A stretch of DNA of 64,000 nucleotides, taken from the NCBI GenBank assembly GCA_900316585.1, contig ONDM01000006.1, positions 307,578-371,577 on the forward strand, written 5' to 3'. The first letter of the stretch is position 1; every line of letters starts with the position of its first letter. Below, one piece after another: positions 46,603 through 56,931 of this stretch. The notes under the pieces are model-generated. The model was not told the origin of the DNA, ran no database searches, and worked only from the letters and a program-made list of their open reading frames with translations. The stretch is from an uncultured Prevotellaceae bacterium (lineage in GTDB: Bacteria > Bacteroidota > Bacteroidia > Bacteroidales > Bacteroidaceae). The position numbers and the translations under genes are program-made.

Positions 46603-48267
46603 TTATTGCAAAAAGATGGTTAAAATGACTTGTGCAATAATAACACGGGCAAACATGCCAACTGGGTATACTGTTGCATAACTTACAGATGGACTATCAT
46701 TGGAAGTTATAGAATCAGCATAGTTTAGTGCCATTGGATTAGCCATGCTTCCACAGAGCATGCCACAGGTATGGCCAAAATCCAACTTGCAAGTACGCAT
46801 GGCAACCCATCCCATGACTAAGACGGGAATTATTGTGATGGAAAAACCTGTGCCTATCCATAGCAGTCCTTCTGGGCGCATTACTGTCTCTATGAAATTT
46901 GCTCCAGAATCTAAACCAAGACAAGCTAAATACAAGGAGAGACCTATACCACGAATCATAAGGTTGGCACTGCGGGTTGAATAAGTTACGAGTTTAAACC
47001 GTGGACCGTATGTGCCTATTAGCAAGCCTGTAATAATAGGTCCACCTGCCAGACCTAATTTGATTGGAGTGCTCATGCCAGGAATGAAAATAGGGATAGA
47101 ACCTAGAATTAAACCTAGAACGATGCCTATAAATATAGCTCCTAAATTTGGATCTCTTAATGATCCATTAGCACTGTCAAGCTCTTTTTCTACCATAGCA
47201 ATTGATTTGGATTCTCCCACTACAGTAAGGCGGTCGCCTAATTGTAAAACCAATCCGGGGGTTGCCAACAGAACAATTCCATTTCGAGTAATTCGTGTAA
47301 CTGATATTCCGAAATGATTTCTAAGTTTAAGTGAACCTAGTTTTTTCCCATTAAAGATCGGTCTGGTTATTATGATCTTTTTGGAAATGATATCATTGTC
47401 AATTGCATTCCAGTCAATGTCATCCTTATTCCAATCTCGTTGGTCTTGTTCTCCAAATAAGATAGTTAGTGTTTGAACGTCTTTCTCTGTCGTAATTACT
47501 AAGATACGGTCATCCTTCTTTAATTCTGTTTCTGAAGAAGGAATTTGAACTTTCCCATTTCTCCAAAGTCTGGATATTATGAATTTGCATGTAGTGTTCT
47601 CTGCTACTTTATGAATTGGCATGTGGAAGATTCCTGGATTGCACACTTCAAAACTTGCAATGAATGTATGGTTATGGTCTTCGTGTTCATGAATCTCCAG
47701 ATCCTTAGGCTTTACAATAAACTTATCTATGATTACTATAGCAAGAATTACACCAACGACACCAAGAGGGTAGGTTATTGCACAACCTAATGCAGCTCCA
47801 CTAGAAGAAACTCCAAACTGTTGAAGCGTTTGCTGTGCTGCAGCCAATGCAGGAGTGTTAGTTACAGCACCGCTTAATATGCCTATCATGTCTGAAATAT
47901 GGATGTTGGTCGCATATGTTAATCCTACAGCCATGATAGAGCCTAATAGGATTACCCCCATGCCTAAAATGTTAAGTTGGATACCCTCTTTTCGAAAAGA
48001 GCCGAAGAAACCTGGCCCAACTTGCATTCCTAATGCATATACAAAAATGACCAAACCAAAGTTTTGGGCAAAAGTCAACATGCTATGATTGATGGAGAGA
48101 CCTAATTGGCCAAAGAAAATACCAACGAAGAATACGAAAGTGACTCCTAGTGAAACACCCCATACTTTAATCTTGCCAAGGCCTAGTCCACAAGCTATGA
48201 TAATGCTTAGGATAATAACAGCCTGTAAGGAAGACTCTTCTAAAAATAGATTGGATAACCAACTCAT
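46603..48267 (-). CDS. YidE/YbjL-type putative transporter (AAE family) with two central RCK_C/TrkA-C domains
   Basis: Duplicated TM halves flank two TrkA-C-like segments (…DRILVITTEKD…, …GDRLTVVGES…). Confidence 0.8.
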   Translation of the reverse strand: MSWLSNLFLEESSLQAVIILSIIIACGLGLGKIKVWGVSLGVTFVFFVGIFFGQLGLSINHSMLTFAQNFGLVIFVYALGMQVGPGFFGSFRKEGIQLNILGMGVILLGSIMAVGLTYATNIHISDMIGILSGAVTNTPALAAAQQTLQQFGVSSSGAALGCAITYPLGVVGVILAIVIIDKFIVKPKDLEIHEHEDHNHTFIASFEVCNPGIFHMPIHKVAENTTCKFIISRLWRNGKVQIPSSETELKKDDRILVITTEKDVQTLTILFGEQDQRDWNKDDIDWNAIDNDIISKKIIITRPIFNGKKLGSLKLRNHFGISVTRITRNGIVLLATPGLVLQLGDRLTVVGESKSIAMVEKELDSANGSLRDPNLGAIFIGIVLGLILGSIPIFIPGMSTPIKLGLAGGPIITGLLIGTYGPRFKLVTYSTRSANLMIRGIGLSLYLACLGLDSGANFIETVMRPEGLLWIGTGFSITIIPVLVMGWVAMRTCKLDFGHTCGMLCGSMANPMALNYADSITSNDSPSVSYATVYPVGMFARVIIAQVILTIFLQ

Positions 48268-48417
48268 ATTGATTACAAAGATAAGGACATTTGTTTATAT
48301 AAATGTATTTTTCTTGAAAACTTATTTGCATGACGAAAAAAATAGTCCGTTTTTTATCGAATTAAAAAAATAATGACTAAATTTGTCATAGAAATGTGAA
48401 CTTTTTAAAACTAACCT

Positions 48418-48888
48418 ATGAAAAAGATTTTACTAGTGCTGGTTTTGGCTTTGTTTGCAAGCTCCTACATAATGGCTCAGGATGACAATGACCGTCGACC
48501 TCAAGGTGGGTTTAGAGGTGCTCGTATGAATCCTAAGGAACGTACTGAACAGATGATTAAGGAACTTGAGCTTAATGAGACTCAGGCTGCTCAGTTCCGT
48601 GTCGTCATGGAGGAGCAACAGAAAGAGATGCAGGCTCAAATGGAAGCTGCCCGAAAAGAGTCTACCGGAGAGCGTCCTACAAAAGAACAGATGGAAAAAA
48701 TGAGGGCGAAGTTTCAAGAACAGCAGCAGGCTATTAATATCGTTCTTCAGGTTATTCTAACAGAAGAGCAATTTGCAAAATATCAAGAAATGAATCAACG
48801 CCGTGGACCAGGCAGACGTGGAGGACAAGGTGGCCCTCGTATGGGAGGGGAAGATGGTGTTGGCGGTTTCCGTGAGCGTACTGAATAA
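48418..48888 (+). CDS. periplasmic Spy/CpxP-like (DUF4890-type) protein with a Gly/Arg-rich tail
   Basis: Signal peptide and helical LNETQAAQF / LTEEQFAKY repeats. The tail reads RRGPGRRGGQGGPRMGGEDG. A TAAATTTG -7 box lies upstream. Confidence 0.5.
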   Translation: MKKILLVLVLALFASSYIMAQDDNDRRPQGGFRGARMNPKERTEQMIKELELNETQAAQFRVVMEEQQKEMQAQMEAARKESTGERPTKEQMEKMRAKFQEQQQAINIVLQVILTEEQFAKYQEMNQRRGPGRRGGQGGPRMGGEDGVGGFRERTE

Positions 48889-48903
48889 TGTTCTGAATTA
48901 TTT

Positions 48904-49719
48904 ATGTTGAAGATTAACCGTAGGCATAATCTTAGGGACTTAGGTGGATTTCCTGTTGGAACGGATCAAATGATACGTAATGGTGTTTTGTATCGTTCGG
49001 GCAACTTGGGTAATTTGTCAAAGAAAGATTCTCAAAAACTGATAAATGCAGGTATTTCACTGATTATTGACTTACGTACTCCAATAGAAGTTCAGGAAAA
49101 TCCGGATGTTAATCTGCCGGGTGTGACTTATATCTATACTCCTTTCCTTATGGATTCGACAGTGGGTATAACACACCAGACTGGTTCCAATCCAGTAACG
49201 ATTGTGAAAAAAATGCGACATGATAAGCAGGCTTTGCTGAACTTGCTTCCTGATATGGAGGAACTATATTTGAAGATGGTTTCAGATTCTGAAACTAAGA
49301 AGCAAATAGGTAAAGCATTGTCTGCATTAATAGATGCCGTTTTGGATGGTAAAAGAGTATTGTTCCATTGTACAGTAGGAAAGGATAGAACGGGAGTTTT
49401 AGCTGCTTTGGTTCTTAGTATTTTAGGTGTAACTAGGACTGATGTGTTAAAAGATTATATTAAGACAAATAGGTCTGCATATACTGGAGCCGTAAAGAAA
49501 GGGCTGGTTATTGGCGCATTAACTCACAGTTTCTCTATGGGACTGGCAGCTTATCAATTGTTTATGGCTCAGCAGCGTCATTTAATTAAGACTATGAGCA
49601 CTATCCGTAAAAAATATAAGACAATTGAACAGTTCGTAACTGAGGATTTAGGAATTGAGAATGAAAAGCTTAATAGATTTAAGGTATTAATGACAGTTCC
49701 TCTCATAAAGAAAAAATGA
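48904..49719 (+). CDS. tyrosine-protein phosphatase (Y_phosphatase3 family)
   Basis: CX5R active-site loop HCTVGKDRTG. The start lies 15 nt after the upstream stop. Confidence 0.75.
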   Translation: MLKINRRHNLRDLGGFPVGTDQMIRNGVLYRSGNLGNLSKKDSQKLINAGISLIIDLRTPIEVQENPDVNLPGVTYIYTPFLMDSTVGITHQTGSNPVTIVKKMRHDKQALLNLLPDMEELYLKMVSDSETKKQIGKALSALIDAVLDGKRVLFHCTVGKDRTGVLAALVLSILGVTRTDVLKDYIKTNRSAYTGAVKKGLVIGALTHSFSMGLAAYQLFMAQQRHLIKTMSTIRKKYKTIEQFVTEDLGIENEKLNRFKVLMTVPLIKKK

Positions 49720-49769
49720 AATTATATAATGTGATTAAATAATTAATAACCATTTAATTAATTAAAGCT

Positions 49770-50177
49770 ATGGCATACAAAATTATTGAAGTAGAAGGAA
49801 TCGGTGATGTTTACGCAGCTAAACTTGCTGAAGTTGGAATTAAGACCACAGATGATTTGTTGGAAAAGTGCGCAAGTGCTAAAGGACGTAAGGCCGTTGA
49901 AGAGTCAACTGGCATAAGCCACAAATTGATTTTGAAATGGACTAATCATGCAGACTTGTTCCGTATCAAGGGTATAGCTTCTCAATTTGCTGAATTATTG
50001 GAGGCTGCTGGTGTAGATACTGTCAAAGAATTCCGTCACAGAGTACCAGCTAATTTGCAGCCAAAGTTGGTAGCTGTTAATGAAGAGAAGAATCTGTGCA
50101 ACCGTGTTCCTTCTGTTACTGAGTTGGAGAAGATGATCGCTCAAGCTAAGGAATTAGAACCACTGATCTCTTACTAA
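49770..50177 (+). CDS. DUF4332 (helix-hairpin-helix-like) domain protein
   Basis: IEGIGDVYAAKLAEVGIKTTDDLL and IKGIASQFAELLEAAGVDTV are two HhH-like repeats. Confidence 0.6.
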   Translation: MAYKIIEVEGIGDVYAAKLAEVGIKTTDDLLEKCASAKGRKAVEESTGISHKLILKWTNHADLFRIKGIASQFAELLEAAGVDTVKEFRHRVPANLQPKLVAVNEEKNLCNRVPSVTELEKMIAQAKELEPLISY

Positions 50178-50180
50178 TGA

Positions 50181-50228
50181 TTTAGACATAAAAAGAGCCG
50201 GGAATTTCCGGCTCTTTTTATGTCTAAA
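50181..50228. terminator. bidirectional terminator (perfect 21-bp stem)
   Basis: tttagacataaaaagagccgg / ccggctctttttatgtctaaa with a 6-nt loop, between convergent genes. Confidence 0.9.
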
Positions 50229-50236
50229 GATTCTTA

Positions 50237-51580
50237 TTACTTCATGGAGAGGAACACTTCACTTAATGAAGGATGAGCATGGATAGTCTGAAGAAGTTCT
50301 TTGAATGGTATTTTATTCTGCATCATGATAGCAATTTCATGAATCAAATCTGATGCATGTGCACCCAAAATATGTGCTCCGACAATTTGTCCATTTTCAT
50401 CTACTAAAACTTTTACAATTCCCTCTTCTTCATTCATTGACAAGGCTTTACCATTAGCGCGGAAGAATGATTTATAGGTTTTGTAAGTGATTCCTTCCTC
50501 GGTTAATGATTCTTCTGTTTTTCCAACCATTGCAGCTTCAGGATTTGTGAAAACTGCAGATGGAATAACCTTTAAAGAATCTGCATAGTGAGTGTCATCT
50601 CCTAAAATGTGTTCTAAAGCTGCATAGCCTTGGAATGTGGCAGCATGAGCCAGTTGGCAGAGACCATTGATGTCGCCTATTGCATATATGTTCGGAACGT
50701 TAGTCTGCATATGGTTGTTCACTTTTATACCTTTAGGTGTATAATCAATGCCTATGTCATCTAGATTAATACTATTCAAATTCGGTACTCTTCCTACTGC
50801 CATTAATACCAAATCGGTTTCTATGCTTTGGCTTTTCCCTTTTTCCTCGAATTCAACATTTAAACATTCTCCTGGATGGATAGCTTTGGCTGCTGAACTA
50901 AGATGGAAACTGATACCTTTCTTTTTTAGTGTCGTACGTAATCTCTTGGCAATATCTCTGTCAAATGGAGGCAGGATCTCTTTGCAAAATTCTATAACTT
51001 CAACATTAGAACCGAAACTGTTGAAAATACTGGCAAATTCCATTCCAATCACGCCACCTCCAATAATACAAAGTCGTTCTGGAAGTTTCTCCAAATTTAG
51101 CATTTCTGTAGAGGTTACTACACCTTGTACATGAGCTCCTTCTATCGGAAGGAATTTAGTGATGCTACCTGTTGCTATAATAATGTGTGAAGCTGAGTAT
51201 TGTTCTCCGTTGACTTCCACATGATTTTTATCCAGTAATTTTGCTTCACCATGGACAAGAGTAATTCCAGGTGACTTCAGTAGCATACCGATTCCATTCT
51301 TCAGTTTTTCAACTACTTCATTTTTCCTTTCAATGGCTGATTGGAAGTTAAAATTTACATCACCTAAATTTATTCCATAAGTAGCTGCATCTTTTGCATA
51401 ATCCAGTATTTCTGCATTCCTGCAAAGGCATTTGGTTGGAATACAACCAGCATTCAGACATGTTCCTCCTAATGCTTCTTTCTCTATTATAACAGTGTTT
51501 AAGCCTTTTTCTGCAGCCCTAGAGGCGGTTTCGTAACCGCCTGGGCCTGCACCTATGATTATTAAATCAGTTTGAATCAT
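50237..51580 (-). CDS. lpdA: dihydrolipoyl dehydrogenase (L-protein / E3)
   Basis: FAD-binding GAGPGG, redox disulfide GGTCLNAGCIPTK and C-terminal HAHPSLSE. There is a 4-nt overlap with gcvPB. Confidence 0.9.
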   Translation of the reverse strand: MIQTDLIIIGAGPGGYETASRAAEKGLNTVIIEKEALGGTCLNAGCIPTKCLCRNAEILDYAKDAATYGINLGDVNFNFQSAIERKNEVVEKLKNGIGMLLKSPGITLVHGEAKLLDKNHVEVNGEQYSASHIIIATGSITKFLPIEGAHVQGVVTSTEMLNLEKLPERLCIIGGGVIGMEFASIFNSFGSNVEVIEFCKEILPPFDRDIAKRLRTTLKKKGISFHLSSAAKAIHPGECLNVEFEEKGKSQSIETDLVLMAVGRVPNLNSINLDDIGIDYTPKGIKVNNHMQTNVPNIYAIGDINGLCQLAHAATFQGYAALEHILGDDTHYADSLKVIPSAVFTNPEAAMVGKTEESLTEEGITYKTYKSFFRANGKALSMNEEEGIVKVLVDENGQIVGAHILGAHASDLIHEIAIMMQNKIPFKELLQTIHAHPSLSEVFLSMK

Positions 51581-53055
51581 AACATCTTGAATGTGAATTT
51601 TGGTTCCTTTACTGCTTTCACATCATCCAGTCTGCGGATAGGTGTATGATGTGGAGCTGTTTTAACCATTTCGCGTTCTGTCTTTGCTTCTTCAGCTATT
51701 TTCTTCATAACTGCGATGAAGTTGTCCAATGTGTCTTTACTCTCTGATTCAGTTGGTTCTATCATCATAGCCTCATGGAACAACAATGGAAAGTATACAG
51801 TAGGAGCGTGGTAGCCGTAATCTAGAAGCCGTTTAGCTACATCTAAGGTCTTCACATAGTCTTCTGTATGATCTCCTCCATATTCAGTTTTCAGTCCATC
51901 AAAGACGAATTCATGTTTGCACAAGCCTTCTATTGGTAATTGGTAGTGGCTTTTTAGACTTTCTTTGATATAGTTGGCATTTAGTACACTAAGCTTACCT
52001 GCCATTGGAATATTATCCTTTCCCATTGTAAGCAAGTATGCGTAAGCCCTGATAATAACAGCAAAGTTTCCTAAGAACAACGAAATGTTACCAAGTGATT
52101 TGGGGTCATTTTGCAGTTCATATTCATCCTTATTCTTATTATAAACTACTTGAGGATTAGGAAGTAAATGCTCTAATCCTTTGCGTACACCAACTGGTCC
52201 ACTACCAGGACCACCACCTCCGTGTGGAGTGGAAAATGTCTTATGTAGATTTACATGACAAACATCAAATCCCATGTCACCAGGACGGCAGACTCCAAGA
52301 ATTGGATTAAGATTAGCTCCATCGTAATACATCAGGCCTCCACATTCGTGGATTAATTGAGCTATTTCTGGAATCTCAGTCTCAAATAGACCTAGCGTAT
52401 TTGGGTTAGTCATCATCATTCCTGCTATGTCTGGACCCAACAAAGGTTTCAGGTCTTCCACATCCACACGTCCATTATCTTTGCTATTTACTTGAATTAT
52501 CTGGAATCCGGCAACTGCAGCTGATGCTGGGTTTGTTCCATGAGCAGAATTTGGAACTATAATTTTAGTTCGGGCAAAATCTCCTCGCTGATGGTGATAT
52601 TCCTTAATTGTAAAGAGACCTGTAAGTTCACCATGTGCACCAGCATATGGATTTAATGTGAAGCGGCTAAGGCCTGTAATTTCAGATAAGAATTTTTGTA
52701 CCTCATCATATAGTTTCAAAGAGCCTTGAACAAAATTTTCAGGTGTGGATGGGTGTCTATTAAAGCCTGGAAGGGAACATAACTCTTCGTTCAGCTTTGG
52801 GTTGTATTTCATTGTACAACTGCCCAATGGATAGAAGCCTGTATCTACACCAAAGTTATTGTTACTCATATTGGTGTAATGGCGCACTACTGTTAGCTCA
52901 TCTGCCTCTGGTAGGATAGTCTTTGTTACTCTTCTTAATTCACTAGGAATATCATTTAAAGTATAACCGGTTATTTCGGATTTAGGTAAAGAGTATCCTT
53001 TACGTCCCGGTTTTGAGAGCTCAAATACTAGCTTTCCATAAAATGTATTATTCAT
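51577..53055 (-). CDS. gcvPB: glycine dehydrogenase (aminomethyl-transferring) subunit 2
   Basis: Typical GcvPB N-terminus (…FELSKPGRKGY…) and PLP-lysine region NLHKTFSTPHGGGGPG. There is a 4-nt overlap with gcvPA. Confidence 0.9.
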   Translation of the reverse strand: MNNTFYGKLVFELSKPGRKGYSLPKSEITGYTLNDIPSELRRVTKTILPEADELTVVRHYTNMSNNNFGVDTGFYPLGSCTMKYNPKLNEELCSLPGFNRHPSTPENFVQGSLKLYDEVQKFLSEITGLSRFTLNPYAGAHGELTGLFTIKEYHHQRGDFARTKIIVPNSAHGTNPASAAVAGFQIIQVNSKDNGRVDVEDLKPLLGPDIAGMMMTNPNTLGLFETEIPEIAQLIHECGGLMYYDGANLNPILGVCRPGDMGFDVCHVNLHKTFSTPHGGGGPGSGPVGVRKGLEHLLPNPQVVYNKNKDEYELQNDPKSLGNISLFLGNFAVIIRAYAYLLTMGKDNIPMAGKLSVLNANYIKESLKSHYQLPIEGLCKHEFVFDGLKTEYGGDHTEDYVKTLDVAKRLLDYGYHAPTVYFPLLFHEAMMIEPTESESKDTLDNFIAVMKKIAEEAKTEREMVKTAPHHTPIRRLDDVKAVKEPKFTFKML

Positions 53056-54392
53056 AAAGCTTTCATATTTTTAAGTTCGTTGACCAGGTTGTCTATCTCG
53101 CTTTTGCTACGTAATTCAGTGGCAGCAACAATCAGTTTATCTTCCGAACCTTCTGCTACTATACCTAGCAGATAGCCTTTCTCTGCCATTGCTAGTCGTA
53201 GGGATTTTAAATCTTTTCCTGTATATCGGAGGGTTACTTCATTTAAGAATGGTTTTCCAGGATATACATCTTCAAAAAGCCCTGTTTTTATTAGTTCCTC
53301 TTGTAGATAGTGAGCTGCAGCATAACTCTGTTCGTTTACTTCTTTGAGCCCTGATTCACCCATTAGGGAAAGATATGAAGCCACGAACAAACACATAAAA
53401 CCTTGAGCTGTGCAAATGTTTGAAGTTGCTTTCTCTCTACGGATATGCTGTTCACGTGCTTGCATTGTCAGTACAAAGGCTCTCTTTCCTTCTGCATCTG
53501 TAGTTGCTCCAACCAGTCTTCCTGGCATTTTGCGTACCAGATCCATGTTTGTGCAGAGGTAACCGATGTAAGGTCCACCATAGTTCATTGGTATTCCCAG
53601 ACTTTGAGCATCACCACATGCTATATCAGCACCCCATTCCTTAGGTGTACGTAGTACTCCAAGTGCTGAGGCTACTGTATTTATAACTAATAAAGTCTTG
53701 TGTGCATGGCAAATATCAGAGAGTCCAGAGAAATCTTCAATGATACCATGGTAGTTGGGCTGAGCAACCAGTAAACCTGCTACATCGTTGGCTGCAATCA
53801 ATTCATTTGCAATAGCCTTATCCATGACGCCGTCTTTCTCTGGTATTTCTATCAACTCCACCCCATGAAATTTGGCATAGGTTTCAACTACTCGTTTAAC
53901 TTCTGGATTGAAGGTGGATGATATTAATGCTTTATTGCGTTTTTTTGCAGCATGAATACACATCATCATGGCTTCAGCAGTAGCTGTGGATCCATCATAC
54001 ATACTTGCATTACTTAGATCCATACCAGTCAAGTCGGCCATCATGGTCTGGTATTCAAATATATACTCTAGTGTGCCCTGGGAAATTTCAGCTTGATATG
54101 GGGTGTAACTTGTGGAAAATTCAGAACGGCTGGCCAAATATGGAACAACGCTAGGAGTATAGTGGTCATATACACCTCCACCCGCAAAGCAAACCATCGG
54201 TTTGTTTTGTTCTGCCAGACTCTGGATAATCTTCCGTACTTCAATTTCAGATTTTCCTTCTGGAAGTTCCAAATCTTTTTTAAGCTTTAATTCTTCTGGA
54301 ACTTCAGCATACAGGTCTTCTAAACTGTTAACCCCAATGACATCCAGCATTTGCCGGATGTCATCGTCGGTATGAGGAAAATATTTATACAT
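53052..54392 (-). CDS. gcvPA: glycine dehydrogenase (aminomethyl-transferring) subunit 1
   Basis: Typical GcvPA motifs (YTPYQAEISQGTL.…). The start lies 2 nt after the gcvH stop. Confidence 0.9.
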   Translation of the reverse strand: MYKYFPHTDDDIRQMLDVIGVNSLEDLYAEVPEELKLKKDLELPEGKSEIEVRKIIQSLAEQNKPMVCFAGGGVYDHYTPSVVPYLASRSEFSTSYTPYQAEISQGTLEYIFEYQTMMADLTGMDLSNASMYDGSTATAEAMMMCIHAAKKRNKALISSTFNPEVKRVVETYAKFHGVELIEIPEKDGVMDKAIANELIAANDVAGLLVAQPNYHGIIEDFSGLSDICHAHKTLLVINTVASALGVLRTPKEWGADIACGDAQSLGIPMNYGGPYIGYLCTNMDLVRKMPGRLVGATTDAEGKRAFVLTMQAREQHIRREKATSNICTAQGFMCLFVASYLSLMGESGLKEVNEQSYAAAHYLQEELIKTGLFEDVYPGKPFLNEVTLRYTGKDLKSLRLAMAEKGYLLGIVAEGSEDKLIVAATELRSKSEIDNLVNELKNMKAL

Positions 54393-54394
54393 AT

Positions 54395-54772
54395 TTATTT
54401 ACAGATAGCTTCGTAATCATTTGCAGTCAACAGATTATCCAATTCTGAAGGATCAGCCAGCTTAACTTTAATGATCCAATTTTCAAAAGCATCTTGGTTA
54501 ATCAACTCTGGAGCATCTTCCAATGCATCATTGATGGCTACGACGGTTCCTGTTACTGGTGAGAACAGGTCGCTTGCTGCTTTTACACTCTCTACAGCTC
54601 CGAATTCTTCACCTGCAGTCACTTCATCGTCAACCTCTGGCATATCTACATATACCACATTACCCAATTGACTCTGTGCATAATCGGTTATGCCTACATA
54701 TCCGTATTCACCTTCAACTTTCACATATTCATGACTCTCGCTATAGTAGAGTCCTTCAATTACTTTTGCCAT
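54395..54772 (-). CDS. gcvH: glycine cleavage system H protein
   Basis: 125 aa. The lipoyl-lysine motif is VESVKAASD. Confidence 0.95.
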   Translation of the reverse strand: MAKVIEGLYYSESHEYVKVEGEYGYVGITDYAQSQLGNVVYVDMPEVDDEVTAGEEFGAVESVKAASDLFSPVTGTVVAINDALEDAPELINQDAFENWIIKVKLADPSELDNLLTANDYEAICK

Positions 54773-54791
54773 ACTTATTAGGTTTTAATTA

Positions 54792-55886
54792 TTATTTCAA
54801 ATGATATTTTTTATCGTAGAATTTCTTTTTCACTACTACGCCATTCTGTAGTTTGCGATGAATCTTAACTTGAACAGGTGTTCCCAGCTTGGCATACTCA
54901 ATCTTAACCAATGCCATGCAAACACTTTTTCCTGTAGAAATGGAATTATAGCCTGTGGTTACGGAACCTATAACTTCATCGTTTACTACCACTTCATATC
55001 CATGACGTGGGATGGCACGACCTTCTAACTCTATACCTACAATCTTACGGGTTAAACCTTCTGTTTTCAAACGTGTACAAGCTTCTTTCCCAATGAATTC
55101 ATCCTTGTCCAGTTTTACAAAAATGCCAAGACCTGCTTCCAATGGATTCAATTCATCGGTTAATTCATCACCGTAAAGTGGCAGACCAACTTCAAATCGT
55201 AAGGTGTCACGACAGCCAAGTCCACAAGGCTTAACTTGTTTGCTTTCCATAAGCTTATCCCAAAAGAGTTGGGTTAGTTTATGGCTGCAGTAAATTTCAA
55301 AACCGTCTTCACCAGTGTAACCTGTACGGGAAATAATGATTGTTTCACCATCGTATTCCAAAGTCTTGAAGGTGTAGAAAATTAGTTCTTTACAAGGAAG
55401 ACCGAGGACATTTTCTACTACAGTTTCAGAATTTGGTCCTTGGATTGCTAACTGTCCATAACTGTCACTTAGGTTTTGGGTATGAACATCAAAATCATGG
55501 GCATTGGAATAAATCCATGCGTAATCTTTGTCTGTATTGCTCGCATTGACGCATAAGAAGAATTTCTCGTCTCCCATTTTGTAGACTAGGAGGTCATCTA
55601 TGGTACCACCATTTTCATGGAGCATCATGCCATACTGAATTTTTCCGGCATCTAATTCAGCGACATCATTGGTGAAGATGTGTTGAATGAATTTTTCAGC
55701 CTCTTTACCTTCAACGACTACTTCACCCATGTGACTTACGTCAAAGACTCCACATGATGTTCTGACAGAGTTGTGCTCATCTGTAATATCAGTGTATTGG
55801 AGTGGCATTTCAAAACCTCCAAAGGGCACCATTTTTGCTCCAAGCGCTAAATGCCTGTCGTAAAGACACGTTTTTTTATTATCCAT
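54792..55886 (-). CDS. gcvT: glycine cleavage system aminomethyltransferase (T protein)
   Basis: 364 aa. GcvT motifs are present: FGGFEMPLQY, VFDVSHMG, SRTGYTGEDGFEI. Confidence 0.9.
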   Translation of the reverse strand: MDNKKTCLYDRHLALGAKMVPFGGFEMPLQYTDITDEHNSVRTSCGVFDVSHMGEVVVEGKEAEKFIQHIFTNDVAELDAGKIQYGMMLHENGGTIDDLLVYKMGDEKFFLCVNASNTDKDYAWIYSNAHDFDVHTQNLSDSYGQLAIQGPNSETVVENVLGLPCKELIFYTFKTLEYDGETIIISRTGYTGEDGFEIYCSHKLTQLFWDKLMESKQVKPCGLGCRDTLRFEVGLPLYGDELTDELNPLEAGLGIFVKLDKDEFIGKEACTRLKTEGLTRKIVGIELEGRAIPRHGYEVVVNDEVIGSVTTGYNSISTGKSVCMALVKIEYAKLGTPVQVKIHRKLQNGVVVKKKFYDKKYHLK

Positions 55887-55914
55887 TTTAAATTTATTAA
55901 TAGGTTTGTCATTA

Positions 55915-56931
55915 TCAAGTAGAGAATAGTGTTTCTAAAAAATCTTCTTTTCGAAGATTCCTGATACATTTCTCTGGATTGTTCCTTTCTAAAGCCTCTT
56001 TTACACTTTCATACGTGAAATTGATTCCTTTCAGGGCATTATTAAATGCTGGAGTTGCACTTTCAAGTTCAAAGAAATCGCCAGAGAGTTCTGTCTTGTC
56101 AATCTGGCTTCCTTTCAAATGCAGTTTTATTTCTATTGTTCCACATCCTTCAATGTGTCTGCTTCTTTCTATATCAGCCTTAGAAGGACTCCCATAAAGG
56201 AAATCTGGACTATAGTAGTTCTGTTCCAGCTTTTCAATAATATGAATATCCTTTTCTGTCAATTCTACAGAACGGTTCGTGAGCATTTTCCTCAATTCTT
56301 TCCGAAGTTCAGAAACACTGATGCTTAAACTGTCTTTAAGGAACCCCACACGACTACGTATGCTTTGCACTCCTTTAGATTCCAACTTTTTAATGTCAGG
56401 ATTCAAAGCACCTAGCATATAATACATGTTTGTGTCATAGAGCATGGTACCATGAACTATATTCCGGTTCGTTAAGTGATAGAATGCATTGCCACAAATT
56501 TTGCCTTTTCCTTCCAAAATAATATCGTTTCGGCCTGATAGACTGACAGGTGCTCCTAACGCTCTCAAACCTTCCACCTCTGCAGTTGCATATTGTATGA
56601 AAAGCGGTTCTACTTTTCCTGAACGTGTCACCAAACTGACCATGATGTTTCCTTCGTCAGCATAAATAGCACCACCACCGCTTTTGCGACGAATAACATC
56701 GATATTATTTTCTTTGCAAAAATCTAAATTTATTTCTTGATGTGCAACTTGATTCCTTCCTATGACCACAGTGGGATGCAGACACCAGGTGAAAACATAA
56801 TCATCTTCTGGTAAAAACTGGGCCAAGTATTCTTCTGCAGCCAGATAAAAGGCTGCTCTCCTGAATTCTGTATCAGGAGGAAATACTACAAAACAGGCAG
56901 GAAAACAGGTCGTTTCCCAAAAATTTGTCAT
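55915..56931 (-). CDS. lplA: lipoate-protein ligase (LplA-type, with C-terminal accessory domain)
   Basis: Motifs VVIGRNQ, RRKSGGGAIYAD.GN and a conserved Lys region. It is the first gene of the gcv cluster, 28 nt upstream of gcvT. Confidence 0.8.
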   Translation of the reverse strand: MTNFWETTCFPACFVVFPPDTEFRRAAFYLAAEEYLAQFLPEDDYVFTWCLHPTVVIGRNQVAHQEINLDFCKENNIDVIRRKSGGGAIYADEGNIMVSLVTRSGKVEPLFIQYATAEVEGLRALGAPVSLSGRNDIILEGKGKICGNAFYHLTNRNIVHGTMLYDTNMYYMLGALNPDIKKLESKGVQSIRSRVGFLKDSLSISVSELRKELRKMLTNRSVELTEKDIHIIEKLEQNYYSPDFLYGSPSKADIERSRHIEGCGTIEIKLHLKGSQIDKTELSGDFFELESATPAFNNALKGINFTYESVKEALERNNPEKCIRNLRKEDFLETLFST

